A DNA stretch of 64,000 nt from Escherichia coli (lineage in GTDB: Bacteria; Pseudomonadota; Gammaproteobacteria; Enterobacterales; Enterobacteriaceae): the NCBI RefSeq assembly GCF_036507355.1, contig NZ_AP027877.1. One strand, 5' to 3'. Shown here in pieces: positions 33,676 through 43,201 of the stretch (within the stretch, counting starts at the first letter, position 1; the number at the start of each line of letters is the position of its first letter). The translations under genes were made by a program, and so were the position numbers. Under the pieces are notes generated by a model, which searched no databases, was not told the DNA's origin, and saw nothing but the letters and a program-made list of their open reading frames with translations.

Positions 33676-34926
33676 ATGGATATAATGAGAAGTGTTGTGG
33701 GGATGGTGGTGTTACTGGCAATAGCATTTCTGTTGTCGGTAAATAAAAAGAGCATCAGTTTGCGCACGGTTGGAGCCGCACTGCTGCTGCAAATCGCTAT
33801 TGGTGGCATCATGCTCTATTTTCCGCCGGGAAAATGGGCAGTAGAACAGGCGGCATTAGGCGTTCATAAAGTGATGTCTTACAGTGATGCCGGTAGCGCC
33901 TTCATTTTTGGTTCGCTGGTTGGGCCGAAAATGGATGTCCTCTTTGACGGTGCGGGTTTTATCTTCGCCTTTCGCGTACTTCCGGCGATTATCTTCGTCA
34001 CTGCGCTCATTAGTCTGCTGTACTACATTGGCGTGATGGGGCTGCTGATTCGCATCCTTGGCAGCATTTTCCAGAAAGCCCTCAACATCAGCAAAATCGA
34101 ATCTTTTGTCGCAGTCACCACTATTTTCCTCGGGCAAAATGAGATCCCGGCGATCGTTAAACCGTTTATCGATCGCATGAATCGAAACGAGTTGTTTACC
34201 GCAATTTGTAGCGGGATGGCGTCCATTGCTGGTTCGATGATGATTGGTTATGCCGGAATGGGCGTACCAATTGACTACCTGTTAGCGGCATCGCTGATGG
34301 CGATCCCCGGCGGTATTTTGTTTGCACGAATTCTTAGTCCAGCAACCGAGCTTTCGCAGGTCACGTTTGAAAATCTGTCGTTCAGCGAAACGCCGCCAAA
34401 AAGCTTTATCGAAGCAGCGGCGAGCGGTGCGATGACCGGGCTGAAAATCGCCGCCGGTGTGGCGACGGTGGTCATGGCGTTTGTCGCAATTATTGCGCTG
34501 ATTAATGGCATTATTGGCGGAATTGGCGGCTGGTTTGGTTTTGCCAATGCCTCTCTGGAAAGTATTTTTGGCTATGTGCTGGCACCGCTGGCGTGGATCA
34601 TGGGTGTGGACTGGAGTGATGCCAACCTTGCGGGTAGCCTGATTGGGCAGAAACTGGCGATTAACGAATTCGTCGCTTACCTGAGTTTCTCCCCATACCT
34701 GCAAACGGGCGGCACGCTGGAAGTGAAAACCATTGCGATTATCTCCTTTGCGCTTTGTGGTTTTGCTAACTTTGGTTCTATCGGTGTTGTCGTTGGGGCA
34801 TTTTCGGCTATTTCGCCAAAACGTGCTCCGGAAATCGCCCAGCTTGGTTTACGGGCGCTGGCAGCAGCAACGCTTTCCAACCTGATGAGCGCGACCATTG
34901 CCGGGTTCTTTATTGGTTTAGCTTGA
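33676..34926 (+). CDS. psuT: NupC-family nucleoside transporter PsuT (YeiM)
   Basis: 416-aa polytopic ORF; paralogue of nupX at about 80% identity. Confidence 0.88.
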   Translation: MDIMRSVVGMVVLLAIAFLLSVNKKSISLRTVGAALLLQIAIGGIMLYFPPGKWAVEQAALGVHKVMSYSDAGSAFIFGSLVGPKMDVLFDGAGFIFAFRVLPAIIFVTALISLLYYIGVMGLLIRILGSIFQKALNISKIESFVAVTTIFLGQNEIPAIVKPFIDRMNRNELFTAICSGMASIAGSMMIGYAGMGVPIDYLLAASLMAIPGGILFARILSPATELSQVTFENLSFSETPPKSFIEAAASGAMTGLKIAAGVATVVMAFVAIIALINGIIGGIGGWFGFANASLESIFGYVLAPLAWIMGVDWSDANLAGSLIGQKLAINEFVAYLSFSPYLQTGGTLEVKTIAIISFALCGFANFGSIGVVVGAFSAISPKRAPEIAQLGLRALAAATLSNLMSATIAGFFIGLA

Positions 34927-34993
34927 GTTTCATTGCCGGATGTACTCGCTTATTAAGCGTTGCATCCGGCAATCGCGCTATTGCAAATAATTT

Positions 34994-35653
34994 TTACTGC
35001 ATCATCCCGGAGAATTTATTCTCCGGGTCCATCTCCAGCGCCAGTCCTGACAACTGCTTTCTGTTTTTAATGAGATATCCTTTCTTGCTTTTAATTAATA
35101 AACCGTCGTGAATGAATTGCGCGAGAACATATAAAAGATGTCGATAAGAAACGCCTAAATACTCTGCCGCTTGCGTATGCTTTTCGTGATAAAGATCACC
35201 TTCTTGTGAGAGTAATATAAATGCTGCCAGGCGATTCACTAACGGAAATGATTGATTCTGAGTTAAAGAAACAATATTACGATAATTTTTATGACTTAAG
35301 GTGACGCAAAGTTTTCGTAAAAATAGGGTGTCGTTTAATAACAGCGGACGGTAATGTTTCATAGGGAGCGCAAGGCACCAACACTCTTCAATCGCCTGTA
35401 CTGCACGTGGTTCATGGTCTTTATCGATTAACTCAATCTCGCCAATAAAACAGGGGGCGGCAAAGAAATCGATCAGCGACACGCAACCATTAGCTAGCGT
35501 GGCGTAAAGCCTGGCGCGGCCTCGCGTCAGGTAAAACAGCCAGGACGGCTGTTGCCCTTCCTGCACAATGTAGTCACGCGCTAAAAAATGAAACAGCCGC
35601 GTATCGGCTGAAACATCCGTTAAAAAGCAATCCTTAAACGCGGATTCACTCAT
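34994..35653 (-). CDS. yeiL: CRP/FNR-family transcriptional regulator YeiL
   Basis: 219-aa ORF with a cNMP-binding-like fold and C-terminal HTH ([16 protein letters not shown]); start placed at [10 protein letters not shown]. Confidence 0.85.
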   Translation of the reverse strand: MSESAFKDCFLTDVSADTRLFHFLARDYIVQEGQQPSWLFYLTRGRARLYATLANGCVSLIDFFAAPCFIGEIELIDKDHEPRAVQAIEECWCLALPMKHYRPLLLNDTLFLRKLCVTLSHKNYRNIVSLTQNQSFPLVNRLAAFILLSQEGDLYHEKHTQAAEYLGVSYRHLLYVLAQFIHDGLLIKSKKGYLIKNRKQLSGLALEMDPENKFSGMMQ

Positions 35654-35705
35654 CAATTGCTGCTTAAGATCATTATTGTGGATTTCTTTCACGATGTTTA
35701 TCCGC

Positions 35706-35721
35706 TATGAGATTTCTCATA
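35706..35721. promoter_or_regulatory. Perfect 16-bp palindrome tatgagatttctcata in the divergent yeiL/rihB promoter region
   Basis: Perfect dyad about 55 bp upstream of the yeiL start; a candidate site for a CRP/FNR-type dimer. Confidence 0.35.
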
Positions 35722-35821
35722 TTTAGCATACGTACGCTGTTGTTAAGATTCAATCATCGGCCCGGTCGAATTTTCTTTGCTGTAGAAAAAATAACGCAAC
35801 TGGAAACAGAGGAAATAAACA

Positions 35822-36763
35822 ATGGAAAAGAGAAAAATTATTCTGGATTGTGATCCGGGTCATGATGATGCTATTGCAATGATGATGGCAGCGAAACATC
35901 CGGCAATAGATTTATTAGGCATCACTATTGTAGCGGGTAATCAGACGCTTGATAAAACATTAATTAATGGCCTGAATGTTTGCCAGAAACTGGAGATTAA
36001 TGTTCCGGTTTATGCGGGGATGCCGCAACCCATTATGCGTCAACAAATCGTTGCCGATAATATTCACGGTGAAACCGGACTGGATGGCCCGGTATTCGAG
36101 CCGCTGACCCGCCAGGCAGAAAGTACCCACGCGGTGAAATACATCATTGATACCCTGATGGCAAGCGATGGCGATATCACTCTGGTGCCGGTTGGTCCGT
36201 TGTCAAATATCGCGGTGGCAATGCGTATGCAATCCGCAATCCTGCCCAAAATCCGTGAAATTGTGCTAATGGGCGGCGCTTACGGTACAGGCAACTTCAC
36301 GCCATCTGCCGAGTTCAACATCTTTGCTGACCCGGAAGCCGCACGCGTGGTGTTCACCTCCGGCGTTCCATTAGTGATGATGGGCCTCGATCTTACCAAC
36401 CAGACCGTTTGCACCCCGGACGTAATTGTTCGGATGGAAAGGGCAGGCGGCCCTGCCGGAGAGCTATTCAGCGACATCATGAACTTCACTCTCAAAACGC
36501 AGTTCGAAAACTACGGCCTGGCTGGCGGCCCGGTGCACGACGCCACCTGCATCGGTTATCTGATTAACCCTGATGGCATTAAAACCCAGGAGATGTACGT
36601 CGAAGTGGACGTCAACAGTGGCCCTTGCTATGGGCGTACCGTCTGCGACGAGCTGGGCGTTCTTGGCAAGCCCGCTAATACCAAAGTCGGCATCACTATT
36701 GATACCGACTGGTTCTGGGGCTTAGTCGAAGAGTGCGTGCGCGGCTACATCAAAACCCATTAA
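35822..36763 (+). CDS. rihB: Pyrimidine-specific ribonucleoside hydrolase RihB (YeiK)
   Basis: 313-aa ORF with the inosine-uridine nucleoside hydrolase DxDxxxDD motif ([11 protein letters not shown]). Confidence 0.9.
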   Translation: MEKRKIILDCDPGHDDAIAMMMAAKHPAIDLLGITIVAGNQTLDKTLINGLNVCQKLEINVPVYAGMPQPIMRQQIVADNIHGETGLDGPVFEPLTRQAESTHAVKYIIDTLMASDGDITLVPVGPLSNIAVAMRMQSAILPKIREIVLMGGAYGTGNFTPSAEFNIFADPEAARVVFTSGVPLVMMGLDLTNQTVCTPDVIVRMERAGGPAGELFSDIMNFTLKTQFENYGLAGGPVHDATCIGYLINPDGIKTQEMYVEVDVNSGPCYGRTVCDELGVLGKPANTKVGITIDTDWFWGLVEECVRGYIKTH

Positions 36764-36973
36764 GTGTTGATAACAAGCCGGGTCAGTATCGCAAAATGCA
36801 GGCCCGGCTATTTCTGAGGGGCAGAAAGCCGTCGCCCAATATGACATGAAGAGATAATAACTATGGATGTCATGAGAAGTGTTCTGGGAATGGTGGTATT
36901 GCTGACGATTGCGTTTTTGGTGATGCTGCCAACTTACTGATTTAGTGTATGATGGTGTTTTTGAGGTGCTCCA

Positions 36974-37249
36974 GTGGCTTCTGTTTCTATCAGCTGTCCC
37001 TCCTGTTCAGCTACTGACGGGGTGGTGCGTAACGGCAAAAGCACCGCCGGACATCAGCGCTATCTCTGCTCTCACTGCCGTAAAACATGGCAACTGCAGT
37101 TCACTTACACCGCTTCTCAACCCGGTACGCACCAGAAAATCATTGATATGGCCATGAATGGCGTTGGATGCCGGGCAACAGCCCGCATTATGGGCGTTGG
37201 CCTCAACACGATTTTACGTCACTTAAAAAACTCAGGCCGCAGTCGGTAA
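36974..37249 (+). CDS. insA: IS1 InsA
   Basis: Identical 91-aa translation. Confidence 0.9.
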
Positions 37250-37671
37250 CCTCGCGCATACAGCCGGGCAGTGACGTCATCGTCTGCGCGGAAATGGACG
37301 AACAGTGGGGCTATGTCGGGGCTAAATCGCGCCAGCGCTGGCTGTTTTACGCGTATGACAGGCTCCGGAAGACGGTTGTTGCGCACGTATTCGGTGAACG
37401 CACGATGGCGACGCTGGGGCGTCTTATGAGCCTGCTGTCACCCTTTGACGTGGTGATATGGATGACGGATGGCTGGCCGCTGTATGAATCCCGCCTGAAG
37501 GGAAAGCTGCACGTAATCAGCAAGCGATATACGCAGCGAATTGAGCGGCATAACCTGAATCTGAGGCAGCACCTGGCACGGCTGGGACGGAAGTCGCTGT
37601 CGTTCTCAAAATCGGTGGAGCTGCATGACAAAGTCATCGGGCATTATCTGAACATAAAACACTATCAATAA
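37168..37671 (+). CDS. insB: IS1 InsB
   Basis: Identical 167-aa translation. Confidence 0.88.
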
Positions 37672-38945
37672 GTTGGAGTCATTACCTGCGTTTTTACTGT
37701 CAGTAAACAAGAAGAAGATCAGCCTGCGTACCGTTGGCGCGGCGTTAGTGTTACAGGTTGTGATTGGCGGGATTATGCTTTGGTTACCGCCAGGGCGTTG
37801 GGTCGCTGAAAAAGTCGCTTTTGGCGTGCATAAAGTGATGGCGTACAGCGATGCAGGTAGCGCATTTATCTTCGGTTCGCTGGTCGGGCCGAAAATGGAC
37901 ACGCTGTTTGATGGCGCAGGATTTATCTTTGGTTTCAGGGTGTTACCGGCAATTATCTTCGTCACCGCGCTGGTGAGTATTCTCTATTACATCGGTGTGA
38001 TGGGGATCTTAATTCGCATTCTCGGCGGTATATTCCAGAAAGCATTAAATATCAGCAAGATCGAGTCATTCGTCGCGGTCACTACCATTTTCCTCGGGCA
38101 AAACGAAATTCCGGCGATCGTCAAACCCTTTATCGATCGTCTGAATCGCAATGAATTATTTACAGCGATTTGTAGTGGCATGGCCTCGATTGCTGGTTCG
38201 ACAATGATTGGTTACGCCGCACTGGGCGTGCCTGTGGAATATTTGCTGGCGGCATCGTTAATGGCGATCCCAGGCGGGATCTTGTTTGCCCGCCTGCTAA
38301 GCCCGGCTATGGAATCTTCGCAGGTTTCTTTTAATAACCTCTCTTTCACCGAAACACCGCCAAAAAGCATTATTGAAGCTGCCGCGACAGAGGCAATGAC
38401 CGGGCTGAAAATCGCCGCAGGTGTGGCGACAGTAGTGATGGCATTTGTCGCCATCATTGCGTTAATTAACGGTATTATCGGCGGCGTTGGCGGCTGGTTT
38501 GGTTTTGAACATGCCTCGCTGGAATCCATTTTAGGTTACCTGCTGGCCCCACTGGCGTGGGTGATGGGTGTTGACTGGAGTGATGCGAATCTTGCCGGGA
38601 GTTTGATTGGTCAGAAACTGGCAATAAATGAATTTGTCGCTTATCTCAATTTCTCACCCTATCTGCAAACGGCTGACAAGCTGGATGCTAAAACCGTGGC
38701 GATTATTTCCTTCGCGTTGTGCGGTTTCGCTAACTTTGGTTCTATCGGGGTGGTGGTGGGGGCGTTTTCTGCGGTTGCGCCACACCGTGCGCCGGAAATC
38801 GCCCAACTTGGTTTACGCGCGCTGGCGGCGGCGACACTTTCTAATCTGATGAGTGCCACCATTGCCGGGTTCTTTATTGGTTTAGCGTAGTGTGCGATTT
38901 ATGAGCCGGATAATATGCGGTCAAGCGTCGAATCCGGCAACATTG

Positions 38946-40034
38946 TTACACCATTGGCATTAATGAAAGCGCGTTATCGGCAGACAAGGTAGGGTTATTT
39001 AAGCTGCCGCTGGCGCGTGAAATTGCCGCGCAGGCCATCGCAAAACGGGCGCTGTCACGGAAATTGTTTCCTTCCAGAAAGCTATATACCAGGCCCGCCA
39101 TAAAACCATCGTCAGCACCAAAACTGTCTACTGTCGTATGCGCTGGTGCGGTCAGCAAAAATTGTTCTCCATCCTTTTCGCTGCAATAAACTGACTCATC
39201 GGGCAAATAAACAAACAGTTGCTGAACACCTTGCTGATGCAACGCATTCACTGCAGCATTACGGTCAGCATCGCTGGTGATCGCCTGTCCCCATAAAATT
39301 TCCAGCTCCGGTAAAGTGGGTTTCAGGGTGTGAATATGCGCCAGCCAGTGTTTGATTTTGCCCGCTTTGAATTCTGAAACGGTATCGACAAACACCGGGA
39401 TCTCATCAGCGAGGGTAAAGACCCATTCCAGCGCCTCGGCTGTCAGGTTGCAATCAGCCAGTACCACGCCCGCATGACGAAGTAAATCGCGCGACCCGTT
39501 CAGTAGTTGCGGTGTCAACTGTTCCAGCAGATGGGTATCGTTAATCGCCAGCACGGTTTGATCGTCTCGATTGGCAATTGCCAGATACGTCGATGTGCTT
39601 TGACCATGCAAACGAACGCAGCCGGAGACATTCACGCCGGCACGGCGCGTTTCTTCCAGGAGCATTTCGCCATAAAAGTCATCGCCAATCACTGAAAGCA
39701 AATGGACGTCGCGGCCTAACAGCGCCAGATTGTGGGCGATATTGCGTCCAACGCCGCCTGCCGAGCAATGAATTGTACCGGGATGAGAAGCCGATTGCGG
39801 GTAACGGATATCCGCCATCCCGCGAATATCCATATTGATTGTCCCCACCACTACGCAGTATTCCTGCTCGGTGAGAATGTAACCTTTGCCTTTAATCCGG
39901 CCTTTGCGCATTAAATCCATAATATGCGCCGCAACGCGCGAACGGCTGATTTGCAGCATGTCCGCAATTTCGTTCTGCTGAATCAGCGGGTTACGCCGTA
40001 AAATTGCAAGGATCTCCTTTTCCCGGTTATTCAT
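38946..40034 (-). CDS. yeiI: Fusion protein YeiI: N-terminal winged-HTH domain plus PfkB-family carbohydrate/nucleoside kinase domain
   Basis: 362-aa ORF: N-terminus MNNREKEILAILRRNPLIQQNEIADMLQISRSRVAAHIMDL (HTH), then PfkB motifs similar to PsuK (GGVGRN, GADDGFMAG). Confidence 0.85.
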   Translation of the reverse strand: MNNREKEILAILRRNPLIQQNEIADMLQISRSRVAAHIMDLMRKGRIKGKGYILTEQEYCVVVGTINMDIRGMADIRYPQSASHPGTIHCSAGGVGRNIAHNLALLGRDVHLLSVIGDDFYGEMLLEETRRAGVNVSGCVRLHGQSTSTYLAIANRDDQTVLAINDTHLLEQLTPQLLNGSRDLLRHAGVVLADCNLTAEALEWVFTLADEIPVFVDTVSEFKAGKIKHWLAHIHTLKPTLPELEILWGQAITSDADRNAAVNALHQQGVQQLFVYLPDESVYCSEKDGEQFLLTAPAHTTVDSFGADDGFMAGLVYSFLEGNNFRDSARFAMACAAISRASGSLNNPTLSADNALSLMPMV

Positions 40035-40036
40035 CT

Positions 40037-40894
40037 TCAGGCTACCGCTTTTTCAGTTTGTTGCGCTTTCAGCCAGGCGATCTCTTCTGCCCAGATATCC
40101 GGGTTGATGGTTTCGAGGATCAGCGGAATGCCGTCGAAACGGTCGTCCTGCATGATCCAGCGGAACGCATCATGACCGATATTGCCTTCACCGAGGCTAT
40201 GATGGCGGTCAACGCGGCTGCCAAAGGTGCTTTTCGCATCGTTAAGGTGCATCCCGCGCAGATACTTAAAGCCGACAATACGGGCAAAATCAGCGAACGT
40301 TTTCTCGCATTCGGCTGGAGTACGCAAATCATACCCGGCAGCGAAAGCATGGCAGGTATCAATGCAGACGCCGACACGGGATTTATCTTCCACGCCGTCG
40401 ATAATCGCCGCGAGATGTTCGAATTTAAACCCTAAGTTACTGCCCTGACCGGCGGTGTTTTCAATCACCGCGGTCACACCTTGAGTTTTATCCAGCGCAA
40501 TGTTGATGGATTCGGCAATACGCGCAAGGCAATCCTCTTCTGAAATCTGCATCAGATGGCTGCCAGGGTGGAAGTTGAGCAAAGAAAGCCCCAGCTGTTC
40601 GCAACGCTGCATTTCATCTATAAAGGCATCGCGCGATTTTTCCAGAGCTTCAGTGACCGGATGTCCGAGGTTAATCAGATAGCTGTCGTGGGGAAGAATT
40701 TGCGCCGATGTGTAGTGATATTTTTCACAGGCGGCTTTGAATTCATCGATGGTTTGCGTCGTGAGCGGTGCGGCACGCCACTGACGTTGGTTTTTGGTGA
40801 ACAAGGCAAACGCGGTTGCGTCGATTTCGGCGGCGCGAATTGCGGCATTTGCCAGACCGCCAGCAGCACTAACGTGCGCTCCAATGTATTTCAT
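40037..40894 (-). CDS. nfo: Endonuclease IV (AP endonuclease)
   Basis: 285-aa [24 protein letters not shown]; TIM-barrel Nfo family. Confidence 0.92.
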   Translation of the reverse strand: MKYIGAHVSAAGGLANAAIRAAEIDATAFALFTKNQRQWRAAPLTTQTIDEFKAACEKYHYTSAQILPHDSYLINLGHPVTEALEKSRDAFIDEMQRCEQLGLSLLNFHPGSHLMQISEEDCLARIAESINIALDKTQGVTAVIENTAGQGSNLGFKFEHLAAIIDGVEDKSRVGVCIDTCHAFAAGYDLRTPAECEKTFADFARIVGFKYLRGMHLNDAKSTFGSRVDRHHSLGEGNIGHDAFRWIMQDDRFDGIPLILETINPDIWAEEIAWLKAQQTEKAVA

Positions 40895-40967
40895 GCGAGG
40901 ACTCCTGTTAAACCCGCTGGAGGAAAACGGTAATGATAGCGGGTTAACAGGAGCAAGATGTAGTGGT

Positions 40968-42017
40968 TTATGCGATGACGCTTTGAATCACATAGTTAAT
41001 CGCACCACCACCAACAATCAGCCAGGCAAACAGTACCAGTGCCATCAGCAGAGGTTTCGCCCCGGCTTTTTTCAGCGCGCTGACGTGAGTGGTCAGACCC
41101 AGCGCCGCCATCGCCATTGCCAGCAGGAAGGTATCCAGCGTTACCAGCATGTTCACCACGCTCTGCGGTAACAGGTGGAACGAGTTAAAGATGGCAACTA
41201 CGATGAACAAGATGGCAAACCACGGAATAGTGATTTTGCTTTTCTCGCCGCTGTTCGCCCCAGACAGCTGTTTAACACGCGCCGCCAGCAGGATGAGGAA
41301 CGGAGCCAGCATCATCACGCGCAGCATTTTGGAAATAACTGCTGCGTTTTCCGCATCCGGGCTGATGGCATGACCTGCCGCCACCACCTGCGCCACTTCG
41401 TGCACAGTAGAACCAATGTAGATACCGAAAGTTTCCGGACTAAACCATTGAGACATCAGCGGATATATCGCCGGGTAGAGGAAAATCGCGACGGTCCCGA
41501 AGATAACAACGGTTGCAACAGCCACGGTTACTTTACTGGCTTCCGCTTTCACTACCGGCTCAGTCGCCAGTACCGCGGCAGCACCACAAATACTGCTACC
41601 GGCACCGATCAACCAGCTGGTGTGCTTATCCAGACCAAACACTTTCTGCCCCAGGAAGCAAGCCAGCAGGAAGGTACTGGACAGCGTCAGCACGTCAATG
41701 ATGATCCCACTGATACCGACATCGGCAATTTGCGAGAACGTCAGACGGAAGCCATAAAGAATGATACCCAGACGTAATAAATATTGCTTGGCAAACAGCA
41801 CACCACCGTCACAGCTTTTCCAGATGTGCGGATAGATGGTGTTGCCTAAAACCATCCCCAACAAGATTGCGAGGGTGAGGGCACTAAACCCGGCACCCGC
41901 AACCGCGGGAATGGAACCACCCCACAGGGCGACCCCGGTGATAACTGCACTCAGGGCTAACCCCGGAATAAAATGCCACAGTGTACGATGTTGTTTCTGT
42001 AAGGTGATATTCGTCAT
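40968..42017 (-). CDS. yeiH: UPF0324 inner membrane protein YeiH
   Basis: 349-aa polytopic ORF; divergent from yeiE. Confidence 0.85.
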   Translation of the reverse strand: MTNITLQKQHRTLWHFIPGLALSAVITGVALWGGSIPAVAGAGFSALTLAILLGMVLGNTIYPHIWKSCDGGVLFAKQYLLRLGIILYGFRLTFSQIADVGISGIIIDVLTLSSTFLLACFLGQKVFGLDKHTSWLIGAGSSICGAAAVLATEPVVKAEASKVTVAVATVVIFGTVAIFLYPAIYPLMSQWFSPETFGIYIGSTVHEVAQVVAAGHAISPDAENAAVISKMLRVMMLAPFLILLAARVKQLSGANSGEKSKITIPWFAILFIVVAIFNSFHLLPQSVVNMLVTLDTFLLAMAMAALGLTTHVSALKKAGAKPLLMALVLFAWLIVGGGAINYVIQSVIA

Positions 42018-42115
42018 AACCCTCTCCTTTAACCGGGCATAAGGTTACGACTAACTGGTTTAAAAATAAAATTGATTATATATTTATAATTAATCTTTAT
42101 AAGTGGTAAGCGACT

Positions 42116-42997
42116 ATGCACATCACCCTCCGGCAGTTGGAAGTTTTTGCAGAAGTATTGAAAAGTGGATCAACCACCCAGGCGTCGGTGATGCTGGCGT
42201 TGTCGCAATCAGCAGTGAGCGCAGCCTTGACCGACCTGGAAGGGCAACTTGGCGTGCAACTGTTTGATCGCGTGGGGAAAAGACTGGTTGTTAATGAACA
42301 CGGGCGGCTGCTCTATCCGCGTGCGTTGGCATTGCTTGAACAGGCGGTTGAAATCGAACAACTGTTTCGCGAAGACAACGGCGCGATTCGTATCTATGCC
42401 AGTAGTACCATCGGTAACTACATTCTGCCTGCAGTTATCGCCCGTTATCGCCATGATTATCCGCAGTTGCCGATTGAACTTAGCGTTGGGAACAGCCAGG
42501 ACGTGATGCAAGCGGTGCTGGATTTCCGCGTTGATATTGGCTTTATTGAAGGACCGTGCCACAGCACTGAAATCATTTCTGAACCGTGGCTGGAAGACGA
42601 GCTGGTGGTTTTCGCCGCGCCGACTTCGCCGTTGGCCCGTGGTCCGGTCACCTTAGAACAGCTGGCCGCTGCGCCGTGGATCCTGCGTGAACGCGGCTCC
42701 GGCACGCGGGAGATTGTCGATTATCTGTTGCTGTCACATTTACCGAAGTTTGAGATGGCGATGGAATTAGGTAACTCCGAGGCAATCAAACATGCGGTGC
42801 GTCATGGGTTGGGAATTAGTTGCCTGTCGCGACGGGTGATTGAAGACCAATTGCAGGCAGGCACATTAAGTGAAGTTGCGGTCCCTCTGCCGCGCCTGAT
42901 GCGTACGTTGTGGCGTATACATCATCGGCAAAAACACCTTTCCAACGCGCTACGGCGCTTTCTGGACTATTGCGATCCCGCGAATGTACCGTGTTAA
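42116..42997 (+). CDS. yeiE: LysR-family transcriptional regulator YeiE
   Basis: 293-aa ORF with N-terminal [27 protein letters not shown] and a LysR substrate-binding domain. Confidence 0.88.
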
Positions 42998-43201
42998 GTT
43001 GCTGTACAAGAACATGCTGGTGCTGTGTCGATTTCGTGACGCAGCGCCCTCAGCATGCATTCGCCAGAAAAGAGATTGGCTGCTTTACTTATAATCCCTG
43101 GGCGATCATGAAGGTGTCTTATAACCGTGTATTTCTGCCGGAAGGATTGCCAATCGTCTGCTACAATCGCGCCTCATTTTTTAGATGGATAGCATTTTTG
43201 T

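Larger units (their letters stand above)
36919..37686 (+). mobile_element. IS1, 768 bp, with 9-bp target duplication tgcgttttt (36910..36918 and 37687..37695)
   Basis: IRL ggtgatgctgccaacttactgat and IRR atcaataagttggagtcattacc; the insA/insB translations are identical to those of the copy at 1489..2256. Confidence 0.93.
36837..38890 (+). pseudogene. nupX: nupX (yeiJ) NupC-family nucleoside transporter split by IS1 after codon 24 (N-fragment 36837..36918, C-fragment 37687..38890)
   Basis: N-terminus MDVMRSVLGMVVLLTIAFL runs into the IS1 end (VMLPTY stop); downstream frame resumes LSVNKKKISLRTVGAAL, homologous to psuT. Confidence 0.85.

Noticed and set aside
41175-41777. 200-aa plus-strand ORF antisense to yeiH
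   Set aside because: His/Arg-rich low-complexity translation fully inside yeiH, with no independent support.
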